Source: Klebsormidium nitens (taxonomy: Eukaryota; Plantae; Klebsormidiophyceae). From it: 64,000 nt of DNA. Location of the stretch: positions 62,001 through 126,000 of the forward strand of contig DF237162.1 in assembly GCA_000708835.1 (NCBI GenBank). Direction: 5' to 3'. A program made the translations under genes and the position numbers. A model generated the notes under the pieces. The model had not been told where the DNA came from and ran no database searches. It saw nothing but the letters and a program-made list of their open reading frames with translations. This document shows, piece after piece, positions 40,401 through 54,125 of the stretch; within the stretch, counting starts at the first letter, position 1; each line of letters starts with the position of its first letter.

Positions 40401-42483
40401 GCATGCTTTTGCACGGACGCCAGGAAGGGGCATGTCGAGAATCTGAGAGCCAGGGCGGTCGCTTGTCGGTGATGAATCAACAACTCTCTCGTTTCGTGGT
40501 CCTGAGCACCTCTATGAGCCTAATAATGTACAATAAGGTCGGGATTTACCGACAGGTATTGTATGGGTTTCCGAAACAGAAAGCTCATTTAGCTTGTCAA
40601 ACGGGACAGTTCTTTGTATCTCACAGAAGGTCCGTACTTACTGCATATCCGACGAAATAGAGGGAGAACTTCGCGGACGGGAAGTCGAATCGCTTCAGAA
40701 GCCTGGAGAATAAGCGGGACACTTAATGTTGGTGACATGCTCCGTCAATGATAAGTGAAGTGGCGACAGGATGCAACTGAAGTAGATACCATTAAGAAGC
40801 CCCATAAATTGAAGTGCATGATGAAGCAACCCTATCTCGTACTTGAGAGTCTTTTTTCCTGCTTCATTCTCGCAACTGAAGTCTCTGCTTTTGGGACTCC
40901 TTTTTTGAGTAGAGGGGTAATTTTGTGGACAAATGTAGACACGAAAGGCGCAAACGTAAAGTTTACTCGAATCCTCAAAGGCTTTCTCCTTTCCCCTTAA
41001 CAGTTCTGCACCCAAACATATTTTCTCGGTGAAAATAAAACCTTGAAGACAATGCACTCGGATTGCCTTTTCGAAGTAGTAAAGCCTCGAACAGAAGATA
41101 CGAAATACTTCGATAGCTTTCAGAGAACCTCCAGCCCCCCTTAGCAGAGTCCCCAAAGTACACATACCAACCTCGTGAAACAAAATACCCACCTCATTCC
41201 GAGAACTCGGGTGTAGAAGTCCAGAGACACTTTCGGGTCCTTGATCCTGTACATCTGTAGAGAACAGTCGGTGCATTAGAAAGAGCGGATGATAACCTCT
41301 CAAACAGGTGAGGTCTAAAAGGAAAGATATTGACACTGTCAACCAGCGCTCCTGAGCTTACTGCTTACACAGGCCAGAGTGGCAAAATAGAGGGGATAAA
41401 TTAATATGGTCCCATTGCAGTTAGAAGCATCTGGCACCTTATACTGGATCTCCCATTCCCCCCCTGGCTGATCACTACCAGTGCGTGTCTGATTCGGTCC
41501 ATTGGGGATCAGGGAGCAAAGTGGCAATAAGTAAACGATGCGTGGTAGATGCATACCGTTTGTTGCATGATATACTCTTGCGTCTCAGGATCTACAGTGT
41601 CCGCCACTCCAGGAGTTTTCGCCGATGACTCAAGAGGTGCCTCGGAAGACGCCATGGCCACAAATCGATGTTGCAAAGGGACCTGCATCTTGAAAAGATT
41701 CTGGATCAGATTTGATGCCGAATACATTAGGCAGTGGACGTTGAAAGACAACCCCCCCTTCATTTTTGTTATCCCAGCGCAGAAAACAACTGACTGGAAG
41801 AAGACATGCTGGTTTTATTTATAAGGTTCCCCCAGTCCATTGTCCTGTTGCGTCCCCGTGTTTCCGTAGTTTCTTTCATAGATTCAGGTCAAAGAATGAA
41901 CTGATCACTGTGGCTTTTCAAGCTTGTGTCAACGGGTTTTTAAAACAAGCACTGCACATGGTCAAAAAGCAGGAACGATGAAGATACTTTCTTATGCACG
42001 ATTTCTAAAACACAACGTACATTTTTGATAAGGCCAATTCATGCAGGGCACATCTGATGGCTTGTATCAAAGGGGATCTCTGCCTTTTATGGTCTGGATG
42101 AGTTGAGGTGGTGCTATGCATTTTGGATACAATCCCATGAACCAAAAGGATTTTGCATGCAAAGGCCCTTGCAATGCTGTCACACAGTAACTTCCCCACA
42201 CTGATCCATCAGAGTGTGAGCACATCAGGAAAGAGTGGTGCGCGAAAGTTCTGAAAACGCGCACCTTTTCTTCACGATACTGCAAAGGTTTCAACTTGCT
42301 ACTTTGATTGGAGAGTGTGACACCCCAAAAGGTGGTACTTCTGAAGGGAGCAGCGGCTGCCAACGGGCTGGACTGCAGCAAAGGTGGTGAGGGTATGCTG
42401 CGAGACAATTGGCGATGGACAGAAGCAACAGGGCGAGAAAGGAATGAAGGACTGCGGTGGAGACTGCGTGTCAAACAGGCCAT
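37445..42483 (-). CDS. GLX1: Glyoxalase I (lactoylglutathione lyase), Zn-type GLO1 family, with N-terminal transit peptide
   Basis: Exons 42483-42265, 41682-41557, 41254-41193, 40702-40642, 39957-39878, 38835-38675, 37533-37445, with consistent phases. Motifs: [68 protein letters not shown]. Confidence 0.95.
38500..39545 (-). repeat. Array of decayed partial copies of GLX1 exon 6 (four acceptor-side copies, one donor-side copy)
   Basis: tgcag|caa(c/g)tggggtactgagagcgaccccaacttcaagggctaccacaa copies at plus-strand ~38965-39032, ~39105-39153, ~39232-39282 and ~39362-39408. A copy of the exon end plus donor (gagaagacgccggaaggcg|gtgagccg) lies at ~38505-38560. Confidence 0.9.
39985..40200 (+). 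repeat. Minisatellite, ~44-bp unit, ~5 copies, in GLX1 intron 4
   Basis: Unit aagagggcaagagatggccgttgacattggacatcgtctgtttg; two copies are near-identical and the flanking copies have diverged. Confidence 0.85.
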
Positions 42484-43119
42484 TGGCGTCGTCCTTCAAC
42501 GCAAGGGACTGCTCTCTCTGGAGCGAGCAGGAACCAGCTCTCTCAACGACAATGAGTCTCAGGACTCAGGAGTCAGGAGTCAGGACTGCATATTTGCGTA
42601 TTGTGGGAAATCTCATTCCAGGATCTCTATAAGTACCAGAGCCCTTATACAAATGCAGCAACTGTATTATATAGAGCATATAGTCTATTAATACCGGTAT
42701 GGTCTAAATATCGAGGCGAATTTGCAATGCCTCTCCCGTTTATATAAAAACGCAATCCCGGCTCCTGATCAGGGCTTATGCCAAAAGAAAACGGCAATAT
42801 ATGCAAGTTTAATCTCGATATGCACCTCCAGTTCTGTACCTTTGATGCAAAATCAAGGACAGGCGGCAGGCCGATCAAAAAGCAGAGTCCTGAGCTGTCC
42901 AGCCTCAGGGCACTCTTAAGACAGGTTTTGGGCGATTGAACTTGAAACTGGGCTCTTCAATTGAGCTTCTTGGAAGTCCTGAGGGACCTGCTCCTTTCCA
43001 CCTTAGGTAGAGTTTTCTGCAAAGCGTAGAGTTTGCTGCAGAGCCGCCGACCGTGTTGGCGTCGTCCCAACACGTGATCACCTCTGCAAACTTTGGAGCT
43101 AAACTGAGACGGCGGAACC

Positions 43120-46100
43120 ATGGGGGAGAGCCAGTATTCCTTCTCCTTGACGACTTTCAGGTCAGTACTGCTCGCCGCTTGGCTTTGAACTCCTGACTTG
43201 TTGTTATGATCCAACTAGGATACCTGAATGAGTTTTCTGAAATGCAACGGAGGATTCCTTCTGACCCACAGCAATCCGTTCAAATTTACTGGCGATCATC
43301 TGGTGGTTCTGGTTGCAATTGTTTGATGCAGTTCTGATTTGTGACAGCAGCACCTTACTGCCTGGGTGACTGTATCAACCCTGCTCGAATGGCTCTTTAT
43401 CAGCACACGCAACAACCTTATGGCGACCCTCCACCTTGTGATAGTGACCCTCACCGAAAATTGGGACCATTGAGTGCTACTTTACGGTGATCAGCTGGCC
43501 TGTGCCTACTCTATTTACGAATTCTTGGGACTATGAGGTCAAAAATAGTCTGAGACAACTCTTTTGCTGGTATGGGCTATTAGTCAACCCAAACAATCCA
43601 CCACCCCGTCATCCTTCTGTGCAGTCCATCAGGAAAGCTGGTGCAAATAGAGTACGCTCTGAACGCAGTAAACGCTGGAGCCACTTCTTTGGGCATCAAA
43701 GGTACGTCACAAGAAGCGATGGCCAGAGACTCAGCACCTTCGAATCCCCCATTTGAGGAGTTCATTGGCGCAATGGATTGTCCCCTGAACAGCGTCTATG
43801 AATATAGTCCCATATGCAGACGGCTGTAGGAAGCTCTGTTGATTCTGCTGGTGCAACAAAGAATTCTGCCTCCGGCAAAGAATTCTGTTTTTCTTACATT
43901 GCTCTCAGAAGGAGACTGACCCTCTCGTGTGTACTTTGCAGCCACAAATGGAGTCGTGATAGCTACAGAGAAAAAGCTGCCGTCAATTCTGATAGACGAG
44001 GACTCGGTGAGGCTCAACTTTGGGACATTGAAACACTTGGTCCTCTGAGTATTTTGTTGCCTTCTGCAGGTCATCAGTGCACTGCCTCGCCTCCTAAGAT
44101 TTGCAGGACTATGTTTGTATACCAGATACTAAACTGATCTGATGTGGACTTTTTGTTGTGACCTGCAACAGCCTAGGCCTGCATTTCTTAAGAGCCCAAT
44201 TGCGGGCAAGCTAGCCCCCCTCTTCTCCACTGAACCACTTTACGATTTTCTTTTGAAGCTCCTGAAGCAGTTTTGATCCTCTTGATCCTCCAGTCTTAGG
44301 GACTCAAGCGTATGCATCTGGCACAGCTGACTAATGATTGCCGCTTTGATTGCAGGTCAAGAAAATATCCTTGTTGACAGAGAATATAGGCGTCGTGTAC
44401 AGGTAAGGGCTTCGGAAGCAGAAACCGCGTGACTTTTCTTGAAGACTTGAACAGAAGTTAAGGTGTTGCTTGGTGCTGAATCACCCCCTTCCACAAGCAC
44501 GTGGCACCAAGAATTGTGTTGGTCATGTTTCAACAGTGGCCTGCTGAGTCCTTCCCAAAGATTCGCCGCTTTGTTGACTCAAAAAATGTACGTCGTCAAA
44601 GCAGAGAAGACCTGACTGGAACATGCAGCAATCTCTGGGTCCAATGGAATACTTAATTATGTCTCCCTGATGCAATACTTCCCTTATGCAGCGGGATGGG
44701 TCCAGACTCTCGAGTGTTAGTCAGAAAGAGTCGGAAGCAGGCGCAGGCGTACCATAGACTATACGAGGTAAGACAGCCCCGCTTTTCTATTTCTGCTGGC
44801 ACTGTTATGCAACTTGAAGCGACAACTGCTAGGTTCTTGGTTTCCAGCAAAGCCTTCCTTGTGACCTTCTGAACAGAACCTCAAAGGGGACCCTGTTGCT
44901 GAGTTCCTACTGAGGTTGTCATCAGTCCTTAGAGGCCGAATGAGCACAAACTTAAGGACAAGTCTCAGCTCAGTGTAACTCATGTGCCTAGTCTGAGTCA
45001 ATGAGTAGTGGAAGATTGTAGTTGACCCAAGCAACTCACAAGGCCTTGGCCAAAAGGCCAAACAGGACCCTTGTCAGGCTTCTCATTCTCTTGTCGTCGA
45101 CTGATGGCCGCGACTCCTTCCGATTGCAGGAGAACATCCCGGTTACGCAACTCACAAGAGAAATCGCGACAGTCATGCAGGAGTTCACGCAATCCGGGTG
45201 AGTCTGCAAGCCAATCAAGCAGGCAATTGTTCCTCGTTTCTTACCTCAAGAACACTGCCTGAACGGATACTGACGAGTCGCCTCTTCCTTCTTTCGGTCA
45301 GCAGGTATTAGGTGGGGTGGTCATGGAAGGCTCGTCAGTAGGTCGTTGCCGGTTTGGCAGTTACGCCGGCTGCGTGGCTTGGATCCGAGCTCCTCATTAA
45401 ACTCGAATAGTAATGGAATTGATTGATTGATAAGAGGGGGCAGCAGTCACACACTTGCTGCAGCGCCAAATTGTGTGCTTTGGGCTCGAAGAAGAACCAT
45501 TCCTCGTTGCCCATCTTCTGTCAACCACAAAGCGTGCGCCCTGCGGTCGTAGTCGCTCTTTAAGGATTGGTTTCAGATGCATCCGAGAACCTCTGATTTA
45601 GCCAAATGCGGTTTCCAACTTTTTCCGAGACACCTCAGCAGAGAACACCGTCTGTAGCGGGTCACACTTCCCAGTCCTCAATAAAAGCCAAAATATTTTC
45701 CAGTCTTTCCAATCTTCTGCACGCCTCAACTCCTCCCCCTCCCCAGCATGCGACCCTGCCGGCCCCCCCTCTTTTGTAATCTGTATCTTATTCCCTTTTT
45801 CAATATCAAAATTATTAAGTGTGAGTGGTTGCGCAGGGGCGTCCGACCGTTTGGCGTGTCGCTGCTGGTGGCGGGGTACGACGCCGACGGCCCGCACCTC
45901 TTCCAGGTCGACCCCTCCGGCTCCTACTTCGCCTGGAAAGCGTCCGCCATCGGCAAGAACATGGTCAACGCCAAGACGTTCCTGGAAAAGAGGTGAGGGC
46001 GGAGTGGGGACGGGCAACAACTGCTTGGTGGAAAGGTCCTCAGAGCCTCGAAAGGTTCTTGTGGAGCTTTTTGTAAGAGCTTCACAAGCAGCAGTTGCAG

Positions 46101-47398
46101 GTTATCAGAAGACATTTGAGCCGCTTTGATGTTCGGAAGTCTTGTGCCTGATTGGGATTCGCAGCGCATCTGTCGCCGTGCAAGGCGTTGGTGATTGGAG
46201 CTTGCTTCGCTTGGAAAGGTCTCGTGCCCTCGGAGCTCCCGTCCTTTTGCATCTAGTCGGCCCCTCAAGTCTCCGAGGAAGGGTCAGTTCAATGTCCTTC
46301 TGTCGGACCACCCAGCGGTGATCCTCCATCGGCTGTCCACTTATCGTGCTTTGCTGACAGACAGTAATAACGGTGTTCTCCGTCTTGATTGCCTCTGCTT
46401 CTATCCATTCCCCGCTCGTGTGAATCTGAATAACGGTTCAATTACAAGTCAAGGATCGCTTCCCTTCACGTCGAAGTCGAAGGAGGGTTCGACAATTGAG
46501 TTCAGTAATGCAATTTTCGTGCATCCGAGGTTCCAGTTTTGCTCGCCTGCAGGTTCAAGGAAGACAGGGAGCTATAGGATGCCTAGAATTTTATCTCAGA
46601 TAAATCCAAACGGAAAATGATCGCTCTTCCTGCAGGTATACGGAAGATATGGAGCTGGAGGATGCCATCCACACCGCCATCCTCACGCTAAAAGAAGGGT
46701 GAGCGCTGCAAAGTCGTCTAGCATTCTCGCCCACTCGTTCCAGGAATCACCCCCCCCGGGGGCCCAGGCTCGCGGAGTCCTATGAATCAAGTAGTTAAGT
46801 ATTGTTTGCTGTTTAGCGGACTTCTCTTCTGCAAGAGCTGTGTTCTTGCTTTGCAACGTTTGGTTCGGTCCGCCGAAATATTTGCGGATCTCTAAAAGTG
46901 GTACCGCTCCAGGCAGAGGCCTCGACGTTCACTGACTCTGTTATTGAGGCTGTCGGAATTTGGCAATGTCATTCACACAAGTTTTCCGGTACATGCCGGC
47001 CCTTGTGACTTTCTTCGTGAGGAGTGCATGCCGCTTGAACGAAAAAAGGTCTGGAGATGTGATGAGGCTTTGGAAGATTGCAATCCCATGCACTACCAGA
47101 GCTTGACCTGCTTGTATCTCCGTTCTCTGCGCAGGTTTGAGGGCCAGATTGCAGGTGACAACATTGAGATTGGTATCATCGGGCAGGACCAAAAATTCAG
47201 GTACAGTCTCATGGCTTTCGCTCGCTTTGCGTTCTTGTCTTGCTTGTTCTGACGACTCTCAGCAACATGACTGACAACTCTGCAGAGCGGTGATGGCGTT
47301 GATTCCTCAGGACCTGGCAACTTGACCACTGATCTTATCTGTTGATGCAGGGTATTGAGCGTCGCAGAAGTTAACGACTACCTTGCGGAGGTTGAATA
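43120..47398 (+). CDS. PAB1: 20S proteasome subunit alpha type-2
   Basis: Ten exons: 43120-43160, 43625-43701, 43942-44006, 44356-44402, 44692-44767, 45130-45197, 45837-45992, 46636-46698, 47135-47200, 47351-47398. Motifs: [73 protein letters not shown]. Confidence 0.97.
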
Positions 47399-48660
47399 AG
47401 ACGGAAGTGCACCTTTGGTTGTATATCTCAGGAAGATAAGCATACCTTGTTCTCTGGAAACGTTGCTCAGAAGCGTCTCTTGTGTTCAGGATGGCTGTCA
47501 TGCGATTGTGCTTACTTAGTTGCCCAACTCACTTGGTAGACAAGTCAGTGCATCAAGGCATGGCATGTATTAGTGCAGATTTTGGGTGTGGCTTGCCTTG
47601 TCTCATGTCCATGGATTCTCTGCAATCAGATCTACGTTCTGAACACTTCGGATCGATCAATGCAAAATGATCGATCCAGGAATTGATGGTTTTGCATGCA
47701 ACTTACTCGAAAGTTGCGCGGCCGCTAACAATTAGAGCCTGGCACGCACCGCATGGAAAGCACATGGTCGACCGGCCATCGACATATATAGGCGCATGAC
47801 CTGTTAGGTTTCAAAGCTCATGCAGGCCGCACGCCTTAATTGGTACGCATTAACGCGTGCCATGCACCAATCCTGCATATATGGCATACGTGCCAAGATC
47901 GGACGACATGTGCGTGGCCAAAGCGGCACGCGCGCGGGCGCATATCATACGTTACGTACCGTATTCGTACCGCTGCACCGTGACGGTTGCCGCGCATGCA
48001 CGGCTGTATGTTTCACCATATATATGTCAACGAGGCCCGGGAGCGCGGCGCGTCATATGATTCACTAGGGAATTCTTCATTATTTTCCAGCTAGTCAGTA
48101 GCCAACACTGCATGTGATCTGCTCGTGCCGCCAGTTTATGCTGCCCTGCATGGTTTGAATAGCTCTCAGCTAGCCTAGTTTAAAGCAATCATAATCGCAG
48201 GTCCAGCTCCTGCACGCATATATTGCGAGCGTGACCACATGCTATACGGATTGATTACGGTTGACCGGCCAAATCAAGCTGAAGAGCACATGGCAGGGTG
48301 TTGTCAAGCTTCTGTGATCAAGTCGAGAATCTTGCAGAGATCAGTGAGATGGATTTGATGAAAGTTTCTGATTTGGGTGGGGGGCGTGGAGGGACGCCTT
48401 TTGTTGGGAAAGGCATCCCATGTTTGTTTGAGAGGGTCCAGGACCTTTGAGAAAGGGGGTTGGAGAGGGTTGCTGCCGCTGCAGAAAACCCTGGGTGATT
48501 GCGCGCTTTCAAGGGAAAGAGAATAAGGGACTTGCGGAATGATAATCCAGGACTTTGGGTTTGGCGCCGAGAGGCGGAGGGGAACAGTGGGGGGTCCTCG
48601 AAGGACTCGGGAGAGCTTTGTAGCGAGGCTCTGGGAGAGGAGCTGGAGGACAATTCTGGA

Positions 48661-48773
48661 GAGGGTTTGAGAGTGGGTTTCGCAGAGGCTTCAAGAGAGG
48701 GTTTCGAAAGGGTTTCGGGAGGGGGTTTAGAAGAAGGTTTCGGAAGAATTTGGGGAGGGGGTTTAGAAGAGGG
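48661..48773 (-). repeat. Degenerate ~12-bp tandem repeat (gagggtttNNNa on the + strand) immediately after the CDC20 stop
   Basis: gagggtttgaga gtgggtttcgca gaggcttcaaga gagggtttcgaa agggtttcggga gggggtttagaa gaaggtttcgga ... gggggtttagaa. Confidence 0.7.
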
Positions 48774-48776
48774 TGG

Positions 48777-51700
48777 TCATCGGATGTTGATGCTCCGGAG
48801 GCCGCTCCTGCTGTCCTGTGCCTTAGCCGCCGCTTTGCCACGTGTCCCGGCGGGGACTGAAGCGGCGTCGTTGCCGCCGAAGACTTTCCAGAAGCGCAGA
48901 GTCTCGTCGGCAGCTGCGAGAATACACCAGGACACGGACTTTATCAGTGTTCGTTGACGCCAATAAGTTGAGGCAGTGGGGATTGTAAGCATCTCTCCGT
49001 TTAATCGTCGATTTAGCAATGCCCGATTCATAAACTTGTCGATTCAGGTTTGTAGCATCATCAAGGAGCAGTTTAGGGATCGAGTACTGCCGTTGGACAC
49101 GATCCTCGGAGAAAGATGTTGGGCGGAGCCAAGGAGCTCTACAAGGAGGATTTGAAGGCGCAAAGGTAAAGAACAAAAGGTTTCGGAAAGAATTCGACGT
49201 CCAAGACCCCAGCAAATGCTGCCTTTGCACCTGTGACGACAGCACTTGCGCGAAACCGCATTGCATACTGTCGAGTAGGGACATTCTGAAGTTCTACAAT
49301 ACTTCTGTCAGACGTAAACGTGACCGAGAGCCAGAACGGCATATTCGCGGAGAGCCGCTCGGGAGTCAAGACGGGCATTCAAGTGTTCCAGCTTTTCTAA
49401 CAATTTGAAAATAAGCAAGTTTCAAAGAGGCGTTCGATCAAGGTCAGAATGCCAGGAAGGCGCATTTTAGTACACAACATGTCAGGTTCATTAAGAAGGA
49501 GAAATTGGATTATTGAAGCTGCAATAACGCACCTGCGGAGCCGACGGTGGTGCCTTTTAAGACGTCGTTGAACGATTATACGTCCGGAAGCACACTTTTG
49601 CACCGACTGAAGCCTTCAACGAACGAGAAACAAAACCCAAAGATGGACAGAAACATTCGGAAAGAAAGCCTTGGCTGCTCACCTGCGGAGGCGACGGTGG
49701 TGCCGTCAGGCGAGAGCGCGAGGTGGAGGACGCGCGCGGTGTGGCCGGTGAGCTCTGCGACCTTGGCCATGGAGGGGTATTTCCAGAGGCACAGCTGGTT
49801 CTGGCTGAACCCGTGGCTCGACAGCAGCTCGCGCTCAGTGGGGGACCACTGCAGCGCACACACCTGGAGGGGGGGGGCGAGAGAAAGATCAGTTGTCCTG
49901 TTTCAAGGGCAAACCCTACAGGATTAGTCGGCTACTGCGGACGTCAGAACCGCGCTTCGAGATTGTTCCGCGATTGGTTGACTCGGCCGCAATATGTGCA
50001 TCGAGCATCGAGCTCTTAGTGCGCAGGCGTCTTCTCGAGGAACGTTCTAGTGCAGCCTTTTGGTCTCAATTGGTGACCTCGGGACCAATTGGTCAATACA
50101 TTGGCGATACACTGGTCGTCTTTAGGATCGCTGTTCTCCCACAGTATACGCATCCTCTCAAACTTGAAACCATGATTTTGAGCGTATTAATCAGTGATCT
50201 CGCTATCGTTCCTCACCTGGCTGTGCGTGTCGATGCTGTTGACGCAAGCCCCCGTGTTCGTATTCCAGAACTTGATGCACCGGTCCGCCGTTCCTCCGCC
50301 CGACGCGAGCAGGTTGGCCTGGAAGGGGCACCACGCGAGGGCTTTGACGGCGGCCTGGTGCTGATCAATGCGGTGCAGCGGCGCCGCGGACTGGGCCGCG
50401 TCCCATACGTGCAGCAAATTGTCGTTGCCGCCGCTCGCGAGTTGCGCGCCCGAGGGGGACCACTTGAGGCCGCAGATCTCCTGTGGAGTTTAATCAGAAA
50501 TTGCTTTCAGCTTTTGAAACACACGAGTTGCAAGGTGTTCTTATCGAGCTCGGAAGCTGCACGCCCGAGGGGGACGGCTTAAGGCCGCAGATCTCCTGTC
50601 GAGTTCAAAGAGGTTTCCAATCAGCTGTGACGGAAGATTTGGGTCCCCCGTTTTGAGGTGTTTCGATTGTGCTCGGCAGCATTACAGAAGGGTTCGTTGT
50701 GGCACCTTAGGCAGCCATTGTCAAGGCCAAACGAAGAGGGAACAAAATCTCTGGGTCCGAATCAGATGCTGTCACATGCAGAGACTCTTCTAAGCTTTGC
50801 CGCAGACTTGTCGATGACACGAAAAGCAAGACAAAGACAAGAAAGGCATATAGGTAGTCAGAAGGAAGTCGTTCAAGAGAAGAACGAACCTGCTCGTGCG
50901 CGCCGGTCATGCGTGCGGTGATGTGCTCGCGCAGCCTGACGTCATGGTTGAGGATGAGGCTGTCGCGGCCGCCCGAGCTGAGAGTGGGGCCGGACCAGGA
51001 GAGGGCGCCCACGCGTGCAGAGTGGCCACGCAGGGAGCGGATCTAGGAGCAGGAGATGTCAGAATTAGAAACGGTGCAATGCTTTCATTGACGACCGTTG
51101 TTGAGGATGCCGCATGGAATGGTACGGATGCTTTGCCCGTTTTGTCTGGTCCTGTGTCGGTGTGTTTCTTGTCAGATACGGAGGCAGAGGTCCTGTGCTC
51201 GGAACAGATTCCTGACAAACGAAGGTAAGCCAATCCTTAAGAATGTCACAATGCTGGTCTCTCTCCGTTGCTAATCTGCTCTCGTCTTCTTATTCGAGCC
51301 CAACTACGAGCAGATTCAGAAACACGGACAAGCAGAAGCAAAGCAAGGCCAGCTTAAATTAGAAAATCGGCAAAGCTTTCAACCGAACTGTTTGTTGACG
51401 TTGTAGTCCGCTACTTGGGCCTCGCTTCCAGTACCTCTATAATGCAAATTGATCCCGAAATGATACCAAAACAAGACAAGGGACCAAAAAGTAGAGATGC
51501 GAGCAAATGACAGACAAAATGGTACAGATTCTCAATCTCGTCCACATCGTCCATGTCTTCGCTTCCTAGTTTCAGAGCTGCTTCTGTAGTTTGTGACATG
51601 ACAAATAAGAAGGAACGACACGGCAATGCCGTGTTACCAGGAAAACCGGTCAAACCATACAGAAGACTTCTTCATTCAGTTTTGTCGGCCTCACAGTCCA

Positions 51701-54125
51701 ACATGTGCACTTGGCTACTATTATAGTAACCAAAGGTCGACAATAGGAAACAAAAGAAGCACACAAAGGGAAAACCCTCATTGTCGAAGAAGACAAAGAC
51801 ACGATCCTCACCTGTTTGTTGGCCTCGCAGTCCCACAGCTGCACCTCGCTGCTCCCGAGCCCCACTGCGAGGTGCTTCCCGTCGCCTGCCCACGCGACGC
51901 TCGTCACGTAATCCTCCCCGCCCTCGTTGCCGGCTTCCATGAGCTCCTGAATGGTTCCGCTGGCGGCGTTCCACAGGTAGACGGTGCTCCCGAGGGCGAT
52001 GGCAAGGGTGTTGCGCGCAGACCAGTCCAGCAGGTTCAGGTAGTAGTCGTCGACGAGCTCGGGGGCATCCAGGATGCGCTCAGGAGCCTGGAAAGACAGG
52101 GATATGAGTTTGATTTACACTCTACGGTTCTTCAGTGAACATGCTCGTGGGCCTGGACGGCTTCAGTTTGACGGTTAACGGTAGAGTTCAGGCTTTGGTT
52201 TTGGAGGACGTGCACAAGTTTGTCGTCAATGCAAAATGGCGCTCAAGGGCCTGGAAGGGATATGGTTCACAATCACTGATAGTCTAATGTAAGACTGCTG
52301 GGAAGGTTATCTCAGCCGATTTCGTAACCATAATGCCTTCGCATTCTAGAAGGGGAGGTAATTTGAGAGTGATTAAGATTGAGCATGAACTATGCTGTGG
52401 AGATTATTCTGATCAACAAACGCAGATATCAAGGGCTTGGAAAACCATTGAGTTGATTGAATATAAACAGGAGAGCAGTTTGTCAGGAGTTGGGATGGTG
52501 CTGAAGGGCGTTACACTGTCCCAGCCTTGGTCATCCTGGTCCCCTGAATGTATGTTTGGTTGGGGGGCTCAAGTGTCACAAACAGATCTCCAGACCCCGC
52601 TTTGAACATGTAAATATGAGGTTCCAGAGCACGAGGCCACTGAAAAACATTACGGACACCAACAGAGTATTCAACGTCGGCTAGTCCCTCGGCTCACAGC
52701 AACCCTCAATTCATTCTGAGGAACCAGATTACATTTAGCACCCACGCTTAGAGAATGAATTAACAGATCAAGCAAACGCTGCCGACCAGTGAGCCAGTCC
52801 TCACCGAAGGGATGTGCCGGAAGGCCTTCTTCGCTGGCCGCACCGCAGGGTCCATGTTCTGGGAGTAGAGCACGCGCATCGGGTTCACGTGGCCCTCGGG
52901 GGGCGCCGGCGCCTTGTGCTTGAACGCCAGGATCCGGCACTGCTCGCTCTCGTCGGTGCGGAGGAGGGACCCCGCCAGCTGGCGCTTGTACTCCTCCTTG
53001 GTGGGGGAGAGGCAGTCGGAGGCGTGGCTGCCGGCGTTCTCCTTGGCAGACTCTTGCATGAGCGTGAAGTGCGCGACGTCGAGGTCCATGGCGCGGCGGC
53101 TGGGGATGAAGCGGTCGCCCTGGGTGGGGGCAGAGAGATCGCTTGTGAGTTAGGCTTCAGAAGAGTGTGGCTTGTAGGTTGGTTCAGCGTGGGGTTTTGT
53201 CTGTGTGCATCCAGTGGGGTCAGATTGAGTTTCCAGAAAAGGGCAGCGGGGTTTTGGCGTGTGCAAGTTTAATGGATGTCTCCTTCCCGACAGAAATCAA
53301 GGGTTTTTCTTCCAAGGAGCACACAGGATGCTTCTATCTGATTGTCGAGCATGATTTGATTTGTCTACTCAGTCAGGATGATCTGAAGCAAGATATGCAT
53401 GCAGAGTTCAGCGATGAACTTCAAGACAAAAGCGAGGACGAAGAACTGCTTAATAACCAACCACAAAGATGGAGGCATTGAAGCAATTGAGGCTAATCTT
53501 TGATTAGAGTCCCTTGGTGGAAAAGTTGTTGAACCCCCCTGCTCGCTTTTGACAAAGTGCTCATGCAGCAGTTGGAGAGATTGGCTGCTTTTGCAGATTT
53601 GCACGAAAAGCCCCTCTAATAACACCGCTTCCGGCTGCCTCTCATCTATGAATCGAGCATCTCGTCTTTTTCTATAAGTTGCTGGCTAGATTCCCTTTGC
53701 CATCTCACTTTATATTCAGATGCTATTTCATCGAAGCCCAACTTCAGTTGCTCTCGCAGATTCTGCAAATGAAAAACCCTTTGAGGGCTTGCGCTGCCTG
53801 CTTCGTTAATGCACCACTATTTGTGATTAACATTATCCTTCCAAGTAGAGCAACAAACCAAGCCTGACCATCCAGGTCTCAGGCGTACCGGTGCCTCGTC
53901 CCAGGCATCTTCATTATCTGGAGTTCTCCTAATCGGGATTTTTTCTTGAGCTTTTCCTACCTTTCCAGGGCTCCTGATTCTGGAGGGCGTCTTGCAGGGG
54001 GTGCTCTTCTTTGCTGACCGGAACAGTGCCACTGGTCGTGGGGACTGGTACTCCTGGCAGTTGGCCGCGCGCCTCTCCCTGCACGCCTGGCCCAAAGGCG
54101 TCTTGACAGGCGTCTTGCACGCCAT
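48777..54125 (-). CDS. CDC20: APC/C activator CDC20 (Fizzy), WD40 protein
   Basis: Exons 54125-53961, 53119-52805, 52087-51812, 51042-50890, 50480-50217, 49863-49683, 48913-48777. Features: C-box [11 protein letters not shown] box (AKEN), MAD2-binding [31 protein letters not shown] repeats, C-terminal IR tail, and TP/SP-rich N-terminus. Confidence 0.96.
50465..50612 (-). repeat. Duplicated acceptor plus exon-5 start of CDC20
   Basis: gaggccgcagatctcctgtggagttt (~50466-50491, functional) versus aaggccgcagatctcctgtcgagttc (~50581-50606). Confidence 0.8.

Noticed and set aside
40695-41342. 215-aa minus-strand ORF within GLX1
   Set aside because: Mostly intronic sequence with no recognisable motifs. 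The true exon 3 in this region lies in a different frame.
52814-53272. 152-aa plus-strand ORF (also 49893-50582 and 51626-52138)
   Set aside because: Antisense shadows of CDC20 exons.
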